A stretch of 24,000 nucleotides of DNA, taken from the NCBI GenBank assembly GCA_000752035.1, contig CCFE01000011.1, positions 397,099 to 421,098 on the forward strand, given 5' to 3'. The DNA comes from Bacillus rubiinfantis (lineage in GTDB: Bacteria; Bacillota; Bacilli; Bacillales; Cytobacillaceae). The translations under genes were made by a program, and so were the position numbers. Of the stretch, positions 19,988-24,000 are shown piece after piece. The number at the start of each line of letters is the position of its first letter. Position 1 is the stretch's first letter. A model generated the notes under the pieces. The model made no database searches and had not been told where the DNA came from. It saw only the letters and a list, made by a program, of their open reading frames with translations.

Positions 19988-21684
19988 TGCTGCCGCACCT
20001 CCCGATCATAGACAATAAAGCGATCGACAAACTGCTTCGGCTCCTTGATGCCGACCTTTATCGCCAAATCATACAGTGACGTTTCCTTTAAATTGGCCTC
20101 CGCAATAATCGCCGGATTAGCCAGCACGTTGACCGCGGTATCATCGGCTATTTTTCGCCCGCCGGCAATAACAATCGCCCTTGGTGTATATTCCAGCATC
20201 AGATGCATATCATGGGTAATCATCACAATCGTAACACCGCGGCGGTTTAATTCCACTAAAAACTCCATGATATCGGTATAATGGCGGAAATCCTGACCGG
20301 CAGTCGGTTCGTCAAGAATAATTACCTCCGGCTGCAACACCAAAATCGAGGCGATGGTGACCCGCTTTTTCTGGCCAAAGCTTAACGCCGAAATTGGCCA
20401 GTTGCGATACGGGTACAACCCGCAGATTTTCAAGGTTTCGAGCACCCGCTCTTTCATTTCCGCTTCCGGCACACCGCGAATCACGAGCCCAAGGGCGACT
20501 TCATCAAAAATCATCCCCTTGGAAATCATATGATTTGGGTTCTGCATCACCATGCCAATCCGCTCCGCCCGTTCCTTAATCGTATCATCGGAAATTTCCT
20601 TACCACGATAATAAATCGTTCCCGCGCTCGGTTTTTCAAAGCCGCAGATTAGCTTAGACAGCGTTGATTTTCCCGCACCATTTTTGCCGACGATGCTGAC
20701 CATTTCGCCTTTTCCAATCGAAAAAGAGACATCGTGAATCGTTTGCTGACCTGGTTTATAGCCAAAATTGATGCCCCTTAGCTCCAAAATCGGCTCGTTT
20801 TTTTCTCTCCCCGTTGGGATGCTAACGCCCGAAAACCAGTTATGTAATTGCTCCCGACAGCTAGTAATCTCGAATGTATCAAGATGAGCTGGCTGCATCT
20901 CCTCGGTAATTTCACAGCCGGCATATTTGGCGGCCTTAACGTACAGCGGTTCACGAAGTGCGCATTTTTCCAAAACAGTTGAAGCTAATAATTCATCCGG
21001 TGTCGTGTCGCTGATAATCCTGCCATCATCGATGACAATCACGCGATCAACCGGGCAATGGAGCACATCCTCCAAACGATGCTCGATAATGACAATCGTT
21101 TTGTTCGTGTCTTGGTGAATGCGGTCGATCAGTTCAATTGCATATTTCCCCGTAGCCGGGTCGAGATTGGCGAGCGGCTCATCAAATAGGAGAATCTCAA
21201 CATCGTCAACCATAACACCTGCTAACGAAACCCGCTGTTTTTGCCCCCCTGAAAGCTGATGGAGAGAAGCGTCCAAGTGTGTCTCAATTTCAACTAGTTT
21301 GGCAACATCGGCAACTCTGGCAACCATCTCATCCTTTGGGGTGCAGTCATTCTCGAGCGCAAACGCGATGTCCTCGGCAACAGTGAGACCGATAAATTGC
21401 CCATCCGGGTCCTGCAGTACGGTGCCGACCTTTTTCGATAAGGAAAAAATATCCTTTGGCACCTCGCCACTGATTTTGACACTGCCGCTGACTTTTCCTT
21501 TATATGAAAAGGGAACAAGGCCATTGAGACAATGGCCAAGTGTACTTTTTCCTGAACCTGAAGGGCCGATAATAAGAACCTTTTCCCCTTCATAGATGGT
21601 AAGATTAATATTTTGTAAAGTTGGGGCTGTCTGGCTGTGATATTGAAAGCTATAATTTTCAAATTGAATTACCGGTTTTTTCAT
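19978..21684 (-). CDS. Fused (duplicated) ECF/ABC ATPase, A-A' components
   Basis: 568 aa with two complete ABC cassettes. Walker A motifs are GPSGSGKST and GKNGAGKST; signature motifs are LSGGQKQR and LSFGQKKR; Walker B motifs are LLFDEP and IILDEP. Confidence 0.9.
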   Translation of the reverse strand: MKKPVIQFENYSFQYHSQTAPTLQNINLTIYEGEKVLIIGPSGSGKSTLGHCLNGLVPFSYKGKVSGSVKISGEVPKDIFSLSKKVGTVLQDPDGQFIGLTVAEDIAFALENDCTPKDEMVARVADVAKLVEIETHLDASLHQLSGGQKQRVSLAGVMVDDVEILLFDEPLANLDPATGKYAIELIDRIHQDTNKTIVIIEHRLEDVLHCPVDRVIVIDDGRIISDTTPDELLASTVLEKCALREPLYVKAAKYAGCEITEEMQPAHLDTFEITSCREQLHNWFSGVSIPTGREKNEPILELRGINFGYKPGQQTIHDVSFSIGKGEMVSIVGKNGAGKSTLSKLICGFEKPSAGTIYYRGKEISDDTIKERAERIGMVMQNPNHMISKGMIFDEVALGLVIRGVPEAEMKERVLETLKICGLYPYRNWPISALSFGQKKRVTIASILVLQPEVIILDEPTAGQDFRHYTDIMEFLVELNRRGVTIVMITHDMHLMLEYTPRAIVIAGGRKIADDTAVNVLANPAIIAEANLKETSLYDLAIKVGIKEPKQFVDRFIVYDREVRQQWQ

Positions 21685-21735
21685 GATTCTATCTCCTAGT
21701 CAAACGTTCAGTTAATTTCACGGCTCCCGATCCTC

Positions 21736-22293
21736 TTACAGATCTTTTGTCAGGCTGCCGCTCTGACTGCGGCTTTTTGCATACAAGGACAGCAGCAATG
21801 TTCCGAGCACGGCCACAGTTACCATGTTCAACCCGCCAGCAACAGCCCCTTGCAAATACACTTTATTCGCCGGCTCGGCATAAATCAGAATATCCAATGA
21901 CGGTGCCACCAGCAGCCAGCCGATTGCTTGCACCACAATTTGCACAAGATTAAAGAGGATAATTTTTTTTGTTGTAAAAACCCCGGATTCGATATTGATT
22001 TTTTTCGCTGCTAGGCCAATTAAGAAGCCTACCAATCCAGAAACCACAACCCAGCTCCACCATGGTGTTCCATAAAAGATGAAGTCTTTTAATGCATGGC
22101 CAATCAGTCCGATCAGACCGCCAGCAACTGGTCCAAAAATCACAGCCATCAATGCCAAAAATCCATACGACGTATCAAAATTTGTATTCGGTACTCCTGT
22201 AGGGATGACGGCAAAGCGACCTAAAATGACGAAGACAGCAGCGCCAATTCCGATTGCGACGATTGTTTTAATAGATAATTGATTTCCTTTCAT
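21736..22293 (-). CDS. ECF transporter substrate-specific (S) component, substrate unknown
   Basis: About 185 aa with 5-6 hydrophobic helices, directly upstream of the dedicated A-A' and T genes. I prefer ATG 22293..22291 ([17 protein letters not shown] 8 nt upstream) over the track start. Confidence 0.8.
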   Translation of the reverse strand: MKGNQLSIKTIVAIGIGAAVFVILGRFAVIPTGVPNTNFDTSYGFLALMAVIFGPVAGGLIGLIGHALKDFIFYGTPWWSWVVVSGLVGFLIGLAAKKINIESGVFTTKKIILFNLVQIVVQAIGWLLVAPSLDILIYAEPANKVYLQGAVAGGLNMVTVAVLGTLLLSLYAKSRSQSGSLTKDL

Positions 22294-22323
22294 TCTTAAA
22301 ACCCCCAATTTATTTTTTTACTT

Positions 22324-23175
22324 CTAAGCAAGCTTCGGTAATTTCCGAATTGAGATTTTCCACGATGCGCCTGTTTCAATATGATAGGCATTGGCAAACG
22401 AGCCTTGGTTAATCGCGACGCCAATTTTGTCAAGTGAGTTGATGAACAGCAGCGGTTCGCCTAAATGAATGTCGGCAAATGTCCGGCCGTAGGTCATGAT
22501 GTTTTTGTACACTTGGCGGGTCTCATTCTCGATGGTAACCTCGAAGGAATCACCATGCTCGGCCCCTAAATCCTTGAACAGCGTGCGGTCGATATTTGTC
22601 CACAGATTGCCGAAACGGACATCGAGGATATCGATATTCCCAGTCAGCACTTCATTCGTAATGCTTGGCTCCGGCTTTGGCAGTTCAATTATCGAGTCGA
22701 TAGGTGCCTCAGGACCAACTTGCTCAAAGGTAATTAAGTTAGATGCGAGCCGCGCCCCCGTATAGGCATAGACATCGCGGCCATGGAAGGTGTACGATTC
22801 CCCCGAATTCGGCAGGCGATTGACTGTTTCATCAATGATTCTCACTTCCTTAATGCCAATCGCACTTTTTATATGAGTGAGCGTACCGTTATCAGGGGTG
22901 ACAATGTATTGATTCAACGCCGTTTTCACGACAACACTGCGCCGCTCCGAACCGACTCCGGGATCGACTACCGAAACAAACACCGTTCCCTCCGGCCAAT
23001 AGGCAACCGTCTGGTAGAGTCGGTATGATCCTTCCCAGATATTGTATTGCGGAATATCATGGGTCAAATCGAAAATCCGAATCGCTGGGTTCACAGAAAT
23101 CGCCACGCCGTACATCGCACTGACGGCACCGTCACTTAAACCGAAATCAGTTTGCAGCACAAGATTGTGATTCAT
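22324..23175 (-). CDS. DUF62-family S-adenosyl-L-methionine hydrolase (adenosine-forming; SAM hydroxide adenosyltransferase / halogenase family)
   Basis: Family signatures are LQTDFGLSDGAVSAMYGV, GTVFVSVVDPGVGSERR and IVTPDNGTLT. GGAGG RBS. Confidence 0.85.
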   Translation of the reverse strand: MNHNLVLQTDFGLSDGAVSAMYGVAISVNPAIRIFDLTHDIPQYNIWEGSYRLYQTVAYWPEGTVFVSVVDPGVGSERRSVVVKTALNQYIVTPDNGTLTHIKSAIGIKEVRIIDETVNRLPNSGESYTFHGRDVYAYTGARLASNLITFEQVGPEAPIDSIIELPKPEPSITNEVLTGNIDILDVRFGNLWTNIDRTLFKDLGAEHGDSFEVTIENETRQVYKNIMTYGRTFADIHLGEPLLFINSLDKIGVAINQGSFANAYHIETGASWKISIRKLPKLA

Positions 23176-23246
23176 TGTAAATTCCTCCTTTTTTTCTTTT
23201 GAAAAAGTTTATTAACATTAATTAGAAAATTTGCATCTAGAAAAAT

Positions 23247-23567
23247 AAAAAACCACGCCCCTATCAATTTTTAGAATCGATAAGGACGTGGTTGGAATCA
23301 CGTGGTACCACCTTAATTTACTGACTGCTCACGCAAATCAGCCTCTGCAAGTACGGAGCTCTCATTAGTTATGGCTCTTTATACTGTGGTATGGATAACG
23401 AGTACCAAATCTCGACGGAACCTACTTCAATCAGTAAATCGGGATATCTCCCTAGATTGTTTCAGCACGCAGCTCCGAGGCCATTGTTCGGATTGATATT
23501 TTTGCTTCTTTTCAGCTACCGAAGCTCTCTGTGAAAAAATAACACAATCGTACTTTCCCTCTTCAAC
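23247..23567 (-). promoter_or_regulatory. T-box leader (tRNA-sensing riboswitch) with terminator; probable Met (AUG) specifier
   Basis: Read on the minus strand. Stem I carries an AGTA box, the AGAGAG bulge and a distal loop GGTAGCTGAAAA. The specifier loop is CGAACA-ATG-G (ATG = complement 23482..23484), closed by CCTC pairing with GAGG. The T-box sequence AATTAAGGTGGTACCACG is at 23318..23301. The terminator AACCACGTCCTTATC ... GATAGGGGCGTGGTT plus T6 is at 23295..23247. Confidence 0.85.
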
Positions 23568-23604
23568 GCTTTATAACTTTTTATTGAGTTTGAAAATTTA
23601 CTCA

Positions 23605-23633
23605 ATTATAAGCCCAGTTTTCGGAATAGTCAA
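23605..23633 (-). promoter_or_regulatory. Sigma-A promoter of the T-box operon
   Basis: Minus strand has TTGACT (23633..23628), a 17-nt spacer, then TATAAT (23610..23605), about 35 nt upstream of the T-box Stem I. Confidence 0.7.
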
Positions 23634-23765
23634 GAGAATTTATTCATTAAATTTTTACTACTTAATACGAAAACTTTTATGTACAATCAGGGAAGTCGTC
23701 TATTCTTCGAAAGTATAATAAGTGGACAAATCCATTTAAGTCTCTGGTGTTAGAGGATAATCCGG

Positions 23766-24000
23766 TTATTTCTCAATTAATAATAAAGTTGCTGATGGTT
23801 CTTCATATCCATTAATATCTTTTTTGTATACAATTTCAACAAAATACCCCTCTTTTAATGTGAATACTTTAGATTTTTCCTTTGTTACTTGATCCCACTG
23901 AACGGTATCAATCATTTTATTTTGCTGTTTATTTGTGATATTTATAAAGATATCGACTGGCTTCAAGCTATCTTTTAACAAAAATTGATATTTCCCTGAT
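23766..24000 (-). CDS. Hypothetical protein, C-terminal part (reading frame stays open to the right edge)
   Basis: The track ORF begins at a TTG at 23981, but the frame continues without a stop to position 24000 (...SGKYQFLLKDSLKPVD...). I recognise no motif, and the region is AT-rich. Confidence 0.35.
   Translation of the reverse strand, partial: SGKYQFLLKDSLKPVDIFINITNKQQNKMIDTVQWDQVTKEKSKVFTLKEGYFVEIVYKKDINGYEEPSATLLLIEK

Noticed and set aside
20045-21662. Several 60-120-aa ORFs on both strands inside the ECF ATPase gene. Similar nested ORFs occur inside the PTS, SIS, LevR and DUF62 genes.
   Set aside because: All are embedded in longer ORFs with unmistakable family motifs. They are typical shadow ORFs.

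Overview
This is a chromosomal segment with Bacillaceae-type Firmicute hallmarks: GGAGG-type ribosome-binding sites (RBS), lipoboxes, a T-box leader, a LevR/sigma-54 PTS regulon and an ECF transporter. I support 22 coding regions, mostly on the minus strand.

Genes, left to right:
- a truncated family-5 ABC substrate-binding lipoprotein
- an EamA/DMT permease
- a NodB-type polysaccharide deacetylase
- an MFS efflux-type transporter
- a 64-aa Gly/Tyr/His-rich miniprotein
- a secreted amidase_2 autolysin with six GW/SH3-like modules
- a small Excalibur-domain protein
- a gfr-like operon: LevR-type sigma-54 activator, mannose-family PTS EIIA/B/C/D, two SIS-domain deglycase-like proteins and a HAD phosphatase, with a textbook -24/-12 promoter
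- a two-domain VOC/extradiol dioxygenase
- a lipoprotein
- a Met-type T-box leader driving a DUF62 SAM hydrolase plus a dedicated ECF transporter (S, fused A-A', T)

The least explained part is non-coding. At least five intergenic tracts hold tandem, helically phased repeat arrays:
- a 51-bp hairpin unit x16
- two homologous ATYAGCGAWT decamer arrays at 20/21-bp spacing, one with a 41-bp higher-order unit
- a 52-bp palindrome array
- smaller relatives of these

I cannot place any of them in a known repeat family.

A second unexplained signal is an identical acidic C-terminal tail (D/E-rich, ending -DEDF) on the PTS regulator, EIIA and EIIC. All functional calls come from reading motifs by eye. 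No database search was possible.
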